DNA of 64,000 bases, taken from positions 32,001-96,000 of the forward strand of contig JBCCWC010000001.1 in assembly GCA_039194325.1 (NCBI GenBank), given 5' to 3'. The notes below the pieces were generated by a model. That model saw only the letters and a program-made list of their open reading frames with translations, was not told the DNA's origin and did no database searches. Shown here piece after piece: positions 49,511 to 58,162 of the stretch. The DNA is from Myxococcota bacterium. GTDB lineage: Bacteria; Myxococcota_A; Polyangia; Nannocystales; Nannocystaceae. The position numbers were made by a program, and so were the translations under genes. Positions within the stretch are counted from its first letter, which is position 1, and each line of letters begins with the position of its first letter.

Positions 49511-51031
49511 ATGACCACTCGCTTCGCTCATCCTCTACTAACCTTGATGCTGGGTGGCTGCATAATGCCCCCCAGCGACGCGGGCGAGACCCTCGGCACC
49601 GAGGGCTCGACCACTGACGACGGGGCCACGAGCTCCGTCCCCGCGGACAGCGGCTCGAGCGCGACCGACTCGAACCCGATGGACTCCAGCGGCTCCGCCG
49701 ACAGCGGCACCGGTAAGCCTCAAGACTGCACGCCGGGCCTCATTCAAACCGGCTGCACCAACCAGCTCGACATCGTGATCGTCGTCGACAATTCGGCAGG
49801 GATGGCCGATGCACAGCGCGAGCTCGGACGATCGATGCCGAGGCTGGTGGACCAGTTGACGGATCTGACCGAGCGCAGCGGCCTGTACCCCCTCGATCTC
49901 GACGTCCAGGTCATGGTCACCACCACCGACCTGAGCAGCGCTCTTTGCGAGGCTTTCGAGCCCGAGGGCTATTCCCCGGCCATGGGTAGCCCGATCGCGA
50001 CCCCTTGTACCGAGCGACTGGACGATTTCACCGGCTTGAACCCGAGCCAGCCGGTCGTGGTCCCCGAGACCTGTACCGCGATCTGCCCGTCTGGCGTCGC
50101 CCCCACCGAGGATTTCGTGGCCTTCGGGCCCACGGGAACCAACGTACCGGATGTGCCCGGGGTCGACATCGACGGCGATGGCGTATCCGATCCACCGGTC
50201 GCCCAGGCGCTGGCTTGCCTGGTCCCTCAAGGGATCAACGGCTGCGGCTACGAGTCCCCCCTCGAGGCGATGCTCCAGGCCATCAATCCCGAGGCGCCCT
50301 GGAACATGGGCCCGCGTCCTTTCCTCCGGGACGACGCGGCGCTGGCCATCATGCTGGTCTCCGACGAACCAGACTGCTCGATCTGGAATCAAGAGATCCT
50401 CGCGAACCCTCTCTACCAGAACATCAACCCGGAGACAGCCGCCCCTCAGGCGAGCTCGGCCGCATGCTGGAATATGGGCGTCGAGTGTGAGGACCTCGAC
50501 AACGACGGCATCTACGAGTCGTGCGAGTCGGCCCAGAATTACGGAATGCATCCCACTAGCCGCTATATCCAGTATCTCGACTACTTGCGCGACGATCTGG
50601 GCAAAGACGTATTCATGATGGAAGTGACCGGAGTCCCCCCAGTCATCGCCCACAACCCCGAAGCTCCATTTTTGCCGATAAGCGGCGGGGTGCACGATCT
50701 ACTCTACCGCGACTGGGTGGATCTCCCCTATCCCAGCGGCGACATCGACCCCCAGGAGTGGGCTCAGGGAATCCGCGCGTCCAACAAACAGTTCGAGCTG
50801 GGCATCGGGCCGGGCTGTACCGTAGAGGACGACCAAGGCGCATTCCAGCAGGCGACCCCGCCGGTCCGCATGCTGGAGGTTTGCGATTCCCTGAACTTCG
50901 GCGATCCCGAGTTCGGCAGTCGCTGCTGCGTCGAGTCCGTGTGTGACCACCGCTTGAGCACGTCGTACGCATGCCTGACCGGAATGCTGATGCCGCCGGG
51001 CGAGCCGCTGGGTCCCTTCCCGAGCGGTTGA
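49511..51031 (+). CDS. Cys-rich VWA-domain lipoprotein (myxobacterial)
   Basis: Lipobox LGGC; DIVIVVDNSAGM (MIDAS-like), VTTTD, GINGCGYESPLEAM and FLRDDA.LAI..VSDE.DCS. Confidence 0.85.
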   Translation: MTTRFAHPLLTLMLGGCIMPPSDAGETLGTEGSTTDDGATSSVPADSGSSATDSNPMDSSGSADSGTGKPQDCTPGLIQTGCTNQLDIVIVVDNSAGMADAQRELGRSMPRLVDQLTDLTERSGLYPLDLDVQVMVTTTDLSSALCEAFEPEGYSPAMGSPIATPCTERLDDFTGLNPSQPVVVPETCTAICPSGVAPTEDFVAFGPTGTNVPDVPGVDIDGDGVSDPPVAQALACLVPQGINGCGYESPLEAMLQAINPEAPWNMGPRPFLRDDAALAIMLVSDEPDCSIWNQEILANPLYQNINPETAAPQASSAACWNMGVECEDLDNDGIYESCESAQNYGMHPTSRYIQYLDYLRDDLGKDVFMMEVTGVPPVIAHNPEAPFLPISGGVHDLLYRDWVDLPYPSGDIDPQEWAQGIRASNKQFELGIGPGCTVEDDQGAFQQATPPVRMLEVCDSLNFGDPEFGSRCCVESVCDHRLSTSYACLTGMLMPPGEPLGPFPSG

Positions 51032-51078
51032 CGGGCGTCGCCCGGCGGCCTTGCCGCGCGTGGTGACCTCACGGGCGG

Positions 51079-51807
51079 CTAGAGGTACAAGCAGGGCCCC
51101 CCGTTATTGCATTGCCCCAGCGGACCGCAGCAACTTCCATCGGAACAATATCCAATGATGCACGTCGGGTTGCACGGCCCGCAGTTAATGATGCCACCAC
51201 AACCATCAGAAATAATGCCACAATCACCGAAACCACACGTGGCCGGAACACAGGCATCTGGGCACAAGAAACGCACCTTGTAGTCATAGTCGCAGTCTCC
51301 GTCGGGCTGATCGGCGTTGACGCAGATGAACCCGGCATTGGTCGAGCAGGTGACGACCTCCCCTGTCTGCCACAGAGCCAACCCGCTTACCGTGCGACAC
51401 TCGACGCCGGAGGGCGAGGCGCAGACCCCCGCCTGCAGCGATCGATTCTCGTAGTCGCCATTGCCGCTGGGGTTGTCGCGATCGTACCACTGGGTCCACG
51501 ACGCGAGCTGAAGGTCGGGCTCGGCCACCAAGTCGTCGAGCTCCTCGCCAAACGGACCGTAGACATCCACTTCTTCTTGGTCGAGCGCACCGAAGACATC
51601 CTGGGCTTCTTGCTCGTCGAGGTAGTTCGGCTCGAGGTCGGGAACGAGCTCATTGGCCCCCTGCTCGGGACCAATCCACACCGCCTCCCGGAGCTCGGGG
51701 TCATCCTCGACCACACAGGCACTCTGGCCTACAGCACCCCCCAAGAAACCCGCAAGGACACAAAATCGCACGAGGGACGACTGGACGAATGAAGAACCGT
51801 GACTCAT
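51079..51807 (-). CDS. Lipoprotein with a mucin/CILP WxxW (CysD-like) domain and Cys-rich tail
   Basis: SWTQWYDRDNPSGNGDYE...C..P..VECRT......QTGEVVTC....GFICVN.DQ....C.DYKVRFLCP. Confidence 0.85.
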   Translation of the reverse strand: MSHGSSFVQSSLVRFCVLAGFLGGAVGQSACVVEDDPELREAVWIGPEQGANELVPDLEPNYLDEQEAQDVFGALDQEEVDVYGPFGEELDDLVAEPDLQLASWTQWYDRDNPSGNGDYENRSLQAGVCASPSGVECRTVSGLALWQTGEVVTCSTNAGFICVNADQPDGDCDYDYKVRFLCPDACVPATCGFGDCGIISDGCGGIINCGPCNPTCIIGYCSDGSCCGPLGQCNNGGPCLYL

Positions 51808-52375
51808 GAGCACTTCATGCCATGTCGCCGAGAATCATGTCAATGACAATCTTACGCACTGGCCTACTCTTGCTACAACACGACATCACAGTCAGACAGC
51901 CACGCCGCATGTAAATAGGCATCTATGCTGAAGCCTCCGGCACATCGACGATGACTTCGACCCCCGCCGATAGTTGCATCGACCGCGAGCCAGCAGGCTT
52001 CTTCGCGATCCCGCGACTCGAAGACCAACTCACCGGTCGATTCACTCGCACGCTCTGTCGCGAGTTACTACGAATGGTCGGACTTCTAGCTCGTGCGCGA
52101 GCTCAGCAGCAGCCCTCATCGCTCGCCCCACACAGACAAAGACAATAGAGGCCGCGAACAAACGCACGAACCAACTCACGGGATGTTGTATCGCCCTATT
52201 TCATGGTCTCTCGTTGCTTCTGAGATCTGTCGTGGGACGATCTCAGCTGCGGAAGCCACCTTTCGACTCCGCTCGGGTATTCGCGTGCTCGCTCTGGATG
52301 GATTGCCGGCGCTCAGAATTTCCCTTCAAATCTATAATGAGCAAAATCACAAAAAGGGACGCTCGGCACCCAAAC

Positions 52376-53329
52376 TCACCATAAAGCTTGGGAGCGAGCG
52401 ACCGACCGCTGCGACAGTCGCTTCACCACCACCGAAGAGATCCCCAGTCGCACCTGCTCGGCGACCTCGCGACGCTCGATGATGCGAATGGCGTCGATCA
52501 CGCCGATGTTGGCAAAATCTCGACGGGCGCGGTGGATCCATAGGTTGATCAGCCCACGATCCGCCTGCAAGGAGCGGATGAGCTCCCGACGATCGACCCA
52601 GCCGTGCTCAGCGGGGTCGAGGTCGCTCCGCTGCTGGTCGGCGAGGCGGGCCCGGGCCAGAGTCAACAAGAACATGTCATGAGCACGAGATTTCAGGCGA
52701 ACACTCTGCGTCCCGTGCATGACCTGGATCTCCATGTACTTATCGTTGCGGCTCACTCGGAAGCCGAGGGCGATGGCGTCTACGCGCATTGGCGTGTCGT
52801 TGTGGGGCTCGGTAGTCTTTGACGCCCCCGGCAGGTGGATGCACCAACCCATCTCTCCCACCTGAAGTCGCTCCTGGTGAATCAGCGGTCGGTGCTCGTC
52901 CGTGGTCTCGAGCTGCCAGTGGCCACCAGCTCGTTCGAAGATCCGGAGCTCCGATGGATCGGTCGCGGGCAGGTGGAGTCGACCATCGACGGCGCTCAGT
53001 ATCGTGCCGTCGTCGGCGGTGGCGACCAAGCTGGGGATCGATCCATCGAGCAGCACGAAGCGCTCTTCTTCGGAGCCGAGCATGACCTCCGAGCCCGCCG
53101 CGAGCGCCACCGGGCGCTCGGGGCTCAGCCGCTGACCGTCCACCTGCGTGCCGTTTCGGCTGCCGAGATCGTGGACGAACCACCGCAGCCCGTCCCACAC
53201 GAGCTCGGCGTGCACGCTAGATGCGTGAAGGCTCGACAGTCGAATGTGACAAGACTGCGAACGACCAATGAGGGTGCGGACCGCGAGTGGAAATTGAGTA
53301 CCACTTCGAGTGTGCTCCACTATCGCCAT
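52376..53329 (-). CDS. FHA-domain protein with probable C-terminal winged-helix domain
   Basis: IGRS..C.I.L....ASSVHA and DLGSRNGT motifs; C-terminal GWV.R.EL...L......INLWIHRARR.F. Confidence 0.88.
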   Translation of the reverse strand: MAIVEHTRSGTQFPLAVRTLIGRSQSCHIRLSSLHASSVHAELVWDGLRWFVHDLGSRNGTQVDGQRLSPERPVALAAGSEVMLGSEEERFVLLDGSIPSLVATADDGTILSAVDGRLHLPATDPSELRIFERAGGHWQLETTDEHRPLIHQERLQVGEMGWCIHLPGASKTTEPHNDTPMRVDAIALGFRVSRNDKYMEIQVMHGTQSVRLKSRAHDMFLLTLARARLADQQRSDLDPAEHGWVDRRELIRSLQADRGLINLWIHRARRDFANIGVIDAIRIIERREVAEQVRLGISSVVVKRLSQRSVARSQALW

Positions 53330-53837
53330 GACCAAAGGGCCTCGTGGTGCGGCATCACGCAAGCAATGCCGATCAGTGGTGGGGGTGAATTGGGCCGGTT
53401 GCTCGACTTCGGACGACGACGGGCGCGAGCCCGCTCGGCAAGTCGAACAATACGCGACAAAGCCTGAGTTGGGGGTTTCGGGTCTTCGAGATGAGGAATC
53501 TAGAAGACTTGATGGACCATGAAATGGAATTGACCTCGTTGCAAGCCGCTCCCCGCGCTCGACGTTCGCGCAGAGCGTGACCGAAGGGTCGGCGAGCGCT
53601 CGGAATGGCGTTTGGGCGCGGGAATCGGGCTGCTGCTGCTTTCAGGTGGTTTCATTGCAGACGATTGCAGCTTTGGCTTCAGTCGATTGCAATAGTCGGT
53701 GCTCGTTGTTCGACGAGGGCGTTGGCCATCGTAGTTGCAGGAGATTTCAGTTTCAGGCGATTTCAACCCTCGCGCCGAGCCATCGGGCGATCCGAATCGG
53801 GTCACTGCAACGAGCCCTCGCGCATGTGCGACGACGG

Positions 53838-53900
53838 CGAGCGCGGACGAAGGCGAGCGCGGACGAAGGCGAGCGCGATGGATCGTTCGGCTCGTCTGCC
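53838..53900. repeat. Short tandem repeats (GGCGAGCGCGGACGAA)x2.5 and (CTCGTCTGCCG)x2.5
   Basis: Visible directly in the intergenic region; the second repeat runs to about 53920. Confidence 0.8.
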
Positions 53901-54001
53901 GCTCGTCTGCCGCTCGTCGCCTCTTGCGTCATCGAGGATCCGGGCGAGGGTGGGTCCGCGCTCCCGCGAGCTCCGAGCATGATGCTCGGAGCTCGGCGGG
54001 C

Positions 54002-55045
54002 TCACCCGCCGACCAGGGCCGAGGTCACCGCGGCCGTCGCGATGTTCGTTAGCACGAGCGCCACAGCACACCACCGGCGCGCTGGAGCGCTCTGGCATCG
54101 CTCGAGCGCGCCGAGCAGCGCCTCCATCGACGTCCATCGCTTCTTTGGATCGGCCTCTAGCCCCCGGCGCAGAACCCGAAGCAGTGCCCGGGGGATCCCG
54201 CGGCGGATCACCGAGCCACTGTCGATGGGCTCCGAGGGCATCGACACCACGGCCGGCGACGCGCTGTGCTGCCCCAAGAGCGTCTCGACCATGGAAGCGC
54301 AGAAGCTGTACTGGTCGGCGTGAGCGTCCCAGGCCGCGCCCTGGCGCTGCATGGGGGGCATATAGGCCAGCGTGCCCACGACGGCTCCTCGCCGGGTGAG
54401 TCGCTTCTGGGGTGGAGCTTCGGGTGGGGAGCCCATGCCCCCACGCTCGGGGTGAACGGGATCGTGCCCGCGATGTGGGCTCGAAGGGGCAGAGTCCGCG
54501 GCCAAACCGAAATCGACCACTCGCACGCGCCCTGCGGCGTCGATGAGACAGTTGTCGGGCTTGAAGTCGCGATGGACCAGCCCCGCCCGGTGGATCGCCG
54601 CCAGGCCTCGGCCCGCGCCCCGATAGACCTCGAGGACCGCTCGCCAGGAGCGCGACGGCGACTGCCACTGGCGCAGGGATTGACCCTCGACCAGCTCCAT
54701 GGCGATGAACGCTCGACCGTCGATCGTGCCCGTCTCGTAGATCCCGACCACGTTGGGGTCGGACAGTCGGGCCAGCGCCAGCGCCTCGTTGCGCGACCGG
54801 ACCGCGTACTGCGGCCCTCTTGTGGGATGGAGGAGCTTGAGCGCGACCCGGCGATCCAGGCTCGGATCGTGGGCTTCGTAGACGACCCCGGTGGTGCCGT
54901 GCCCCAGGAGACCAATGACGCGATAGCGCCCCAGCGCGCGCGGCAGGGGCGGAGGAGCGGGGGGCTCGAGAGGGGGTGCTTCCGCAAAGTCCGGGTTGGG
55001 AAGCGTCGCTCTCGGGTCGGGGCGACTATCGGAAAAGGTACTCAT
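54002..55045 (-). CDS. Ser/Thr protein kinase, short/possibly truncated
   Basis: GHGTTG, VALK, HRDFKPDN, DFG and GTLAYMPPMQ; ends right after a TM helix. Confidence 0.85.
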   Translation of the reverse strand: MSTFSDSRPDPRATLPNPDFAEAPPLEPPAPPPLPRALGRYRVIGLLGHGTTGVVYEAHDPSLDRRVALKLLHPTRGPQYAVRSRNEALALARLSDPNVVGIYETGTIDGRAFIAMELVEGQSLRQWQSPSRSWRAVLEVYRGAGRGLAAIHRAGLVHRDFKPDNCLIDAAGRVRVVDFGLAADSAPSSPHRGHDPVHPERGGMGSPPEAPPQKRLTRRGAVVGTLAYMPPMQRQGAAWDAHADQYSFCASMVETLLGQHSASPAVVSMPSEPIDSGSVIRRGIPRALLRVLRRGLEADPKKRWTSMEALLGALERCQSAPARRWCAVALVLTNIATAAVTSALVGG

Positions 55046-55230
55046 CGTGGCGTGCTGGCATCGAAGCTCGAAGCACCCTCGCGGAGCGAGCTCCACGTCG
55101 AACGCAACCCAAAGCCCGCGAGTCGGGACTGCTCTGCTCTGCTCTAGTCTGATCTGATCTATGGTGGAGGTTTGGAGCACGACCGCAAGCGCGATCGCTG
55201 CGGGGGGTCTTCAGCGACGGACTCTTGGCT

Positions 55231-58131
55231 TCATAGCGGGAGGTTCCACGTCACGCTCACGCCTTGCTGGCTCTTGGGGAAGCGCTGGGAGAGGACCGCA
55301 TCGGCAGCGCAGATTCCGACTGGGGTCCCCTTCATCGGGGCGAGCGCGTTTGCGCTCTTGACCTTGCCGTTGGGTCGGACCTCGAACTTGACCTTCACGC
55401 TGGGCATCAGCGAGCCGTGCTCGGTACCGCAGATTCGCGAGGTCTTCTGGGCGGCGCTGAGCGCCGGCTGCATCGCCGCCTTCGAGAGCGTCTTGGGCAG
55501 CGCTTGGGTCGAGGGCGCCGGCTCGGGCTTGGGAGACGCCTTGGGGGCTTGCCGAGGCGTCTTGCGCACGAGCGTCTCACCGATCACCACGTGCTGCGCC
55601 CGCTGCTGGATCGTCAGCGAGCCGATCACCACGTCGTCGGGCACCCGCCGGACGACCCATTGATGGCCTACCGCCGTGCGGACCTCCAGCCCCTCGCCTG
55701 GCGACAGGGTGGTGTAGTACTCGTCGCGGCCCTCGGAGCTTCGAAACACGTCGACCGTGTGGGGCGAGGCGTTCTCGAGCTTCACCGTGGCCCGCTCCTC
55801 GGCCTTGTCGAGCTGCTCTGGATCGATCGTCTCCCCGTTCCAGCGGACCCCGAACCCGCGCATCAGCTCGTTCATCGGATAGTTGTCGAGGGTAGGCGCC
55901 GCCTGGCCCTCGGCCGGCGCACCCTCGAGCCACGACCAACCGCCGCCCACCGCCAACAGGCCCCCGCCCCGACCCGCGAACGCCTCCACGGCCGCGATCT
56001 CCTCGGCCGAGAAGCCCTTCCACCCGCGGTTGGCCACGATCACCGCGCCGGTCTGCGCCAGGCGCTGCGGATCGGTCAGCGGCGGGTCGATCTCGTACTC
56101 GTACCCCAGCGCAGAGAGATTGCGCCGCAGCTTCTCCAGGCGAGGGTAGGTCTGCGGTTGCTGCGAGATCACCACGACCCCGCGCCGCGCCTGATCGCCC
56201 AGCAGCCACTCGAGGGTGATCTCCAAGAACAGCGAGTCGCCGTTGTCGTCCACCTCGCTGAGCACCGCATCGTGACCAGCGGCGACGATCCGTCCGCCTC
56301 CCGGTACCACGTTGGCCGCGGCGAAGCGCTGGCCCTTGCGCTCGAGCAGCGGGGTCCAGCGCTCGTCCACCTCGATCTCGCCGCTTATCAGTCCTTCGGC
56401 GGCGAGGCTCTCGATTGAGCGGCTGAGCGCCACCTGGAACATCTGCCGCAGCAGATCTCGCACCAGCCGCTCGTTCTCCTTTTGGGCCTGCTCGGCCTTG
56501 CGCTGGGCCTGCTCGGCCTTGTCGCGCGCGGCCACGGCCTCTTGCTCGGAGTGGACCGCCTTGTTGCGAGCGCTCTCGGCCTCGTGCTGGGCCGACTCGG
56601 CGGCTTGCTGCGAGTCGACCGCCTGCTGGCGGCGCTGCTCGGCTTCACGGGCTTTGGCCAGGGCCACGCCCCCCAGGGCGATCGCCACCACCGCGGCGAT
56701 CGCCACGGTGATCGTGAAGATCCGCTGTCGACGACGCTGTCGCGCCTCCTCCTCCCGCAGCGTCCGAGACAGCGCGAGGAATTCCTGCTCGCCTTCGGTG
56801 AGCAAGTGGGGGTTGTCTTGGGCCCACCGTCGCGCATCGGGCAAGGCCGCCGCGCCCAGCAGCAGGGCCGGCGCTCGCCCGCCGTCCTCCCACAGCTTGG
56901 CCTGCACCTGCAGGGGGTGCAGGTGGGCCTGCTCCCACGCCTCGTTGTCTTCGAGCACCGGGTCGACCAGGCGGTCGTGGCTCAGCTCGAACCAGCCGGC
57001 CCCCGCGCGCTGCTCGATCCGCACCAGGTAGGTGTCGAGCAGCCGGTCGAGCAGCGTATTGTCCAGGCCCATCGTGCTCCCCACGTCTTGGCGCACCTGG
57101 GAACGACGCCCGCCGACGATGAGACGTTGGCCCACCCAGTCTCGCAGCGAGCGCTCGAGCGCCGTGTCGGGGCCCGCGATCGTTCGAATGGCGTCGGCGT
57201 AGTAGCCCCGCAGCGAGGTCGACACCTGGGCATAGGCCTCGATGTCCTCCTCGTCGATGCTCAGGTCGTCCCGCGGCATCGCGTCCCACAGACGGCGGCA
57301 CACCACCTGCAGCTGCACCGGCTCTACATGGAGCCCCGGCTCGGCGGCGATCGTGCCGTCGGATCGCTGTACCTGGATCATCGACAGGTCACGGACGAGC
57401 TGGTCCACGGCCGGGAAGGTGCGCCCCCCAGACAGCGCCAGCTGCTCGGCCGCCTCGCGGGCTCCGGCCAGCCCGAGCAGATCGAGCCGGAAGGTGTTGG
57501 TCAGCCCGGTGGGGATCCGGTCGCGATAGGGCGCCAGCGTGGCCAGGTAGTCCTCGCGGATGATGAACAGCGCCCAGTACTTCTCGGTGTCGAGCGCTCG
57601 GCCCACCGCCGAGAAGAACTCCTGCTTGGCGGCGACCGCCAGAGGAGCCATCGTGATCACCTCCTCGAACTGGTCGAAGAGCAAGACCACCGATCGGTTC
57701 TTGCGCCCCTTGCGGCGCGGTCGGGACTCCAGGTACTCGAGCAGGTCGAGCTCGGCCAGCTGGGCCGGGGTGCGGCGGCGCTCGGACGGTAGCTCCTCTT
57801 CCAGGCTGACCATCGCGCTGAGCAGATAGCGGTTGGTGCCCGACGGTATGTCCTCGAGCCCCGTAGGGTCGAGGTTGACGCGGATCGGCTTCCACACGTC
57901 GAAGCGCCCCCCCCGTAGTCGGGGGACCAGGCCCGCCTGCACCAGCGAGCTCTTGCCCGCGCCCGAGGGCGAGTGCAGCACCACGATCCGGCGGGCCTGC
58001 AGGCGATCGTAGAGCGCGTCGATCTCCACGCTGCGCCCGTGGAGGTCCTCGCCCTGCTGGATCGGCCGAGGGCCCACGAAGGGGTTGGCGTCGCCGGCCG
58101 CCGTGAGCGTGCGTGCGCTGGCCTCGCTCAC
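55231..58131 (-). CDS. nSTAND1-type NTPase with TM helix and extracytoplasmic TCAF-like, VHL-beta-like and TonB-C/AgmX-like domains
   Basis: NPFVGPRP, SPSGAGKSSLVQAGL, LLFDQFEE, IIREDY, LQVVC..LW and ELSHD.L motifs; TM; C-terminal modules. Confidence 0.85.
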   Translation of the reverse strand: MSEASARTLTAAGDANPFVGPRPIQQGEDLHGRSVEIDALYDRLQARRIVVLHSPSGAGKSSLVQAGLVPRLRGGRFDVWKPIRVNLDPTGLEDIPSGTNRYLLSAMVSLEEELPSERRRTPAQLAELDLLEYLESRPRRKGRKNRSVVLLFDQFEEVITMAPLAVAAKQEFFSAVGRALDTEKYWALFIIREDYLATLAPYRDRIPTGLTNTFRLDLLGLAGAREAAEQLALSGGRTFPAVDQLVRDLSMIQVQRSDGTIAAEPGLHVEPVQLQVVCRRLWDAMPRDDLSIDEEDIEAYAQVSTSLRGYYADAIRTIAGPDTALERSLRDWVGQRLIVGGRRSQVRQDVGSTMGLDNTLLDRLLDTYLVRIEQRAGAGWFELSHDRLVDPVLEDNEAWEQAHLHPLQVQAKLWEDGGRAPALLLGAAALPDARRWAQDNPHLLTEGEQEFLALSRTLREEEARQRRRQRIFTITVAIAAVVAIALGGVALAKAREAEQRRQQAVDSQQAAESAQHEAESARNKAVHSEQEAVAARDKAEQAQRKAEQAQKENERLVRDLLRQMFQVALSRSIESLAAEGLISGEIEVDERWTPLLERKGQRFAAANVVPGGGRIVAAGHDAVLSEVDDNGDSLFLEITLEWLLGDQARRGVVVISQQPQTYPRLEKLRRNLSALGYEYEIDPPLTDPQRLAQTGAVIVANRGWKGFSAEEIAAVEAFAGRGGGLLAVGGGWSWLEGAPAEGQAAPTLDNYPMNELMRGFGVRWNGETIDPEQLDKAEERATVKLENASPHTVDVFRSSEGRDEYYTTLSPGEGLEVRTAVGHQWVVRRVPDDVVIGSLTIQQRAQHVVIGETLVRKTPRQAPKASPKPEPAPSTQALPKTLSKAAMQPALSAAQKTSRICGTEHGSLMPSVKVKFEVRPNGKVKSANALAPMKGTPVGICAADAVLSQRFPKSQQGVSVTWNLPL

Positions 58132-58162
58132 GATCTACCTCGTCGAGCCTCGCGCGTACGCC

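Noticed and set aside
51850..52380. AT-richer intergenic stretch with short ORFs
   Set aside because: No recognisable motif, RBS pattern or RNA structure; cannot be supported as a gene or ncRNA.
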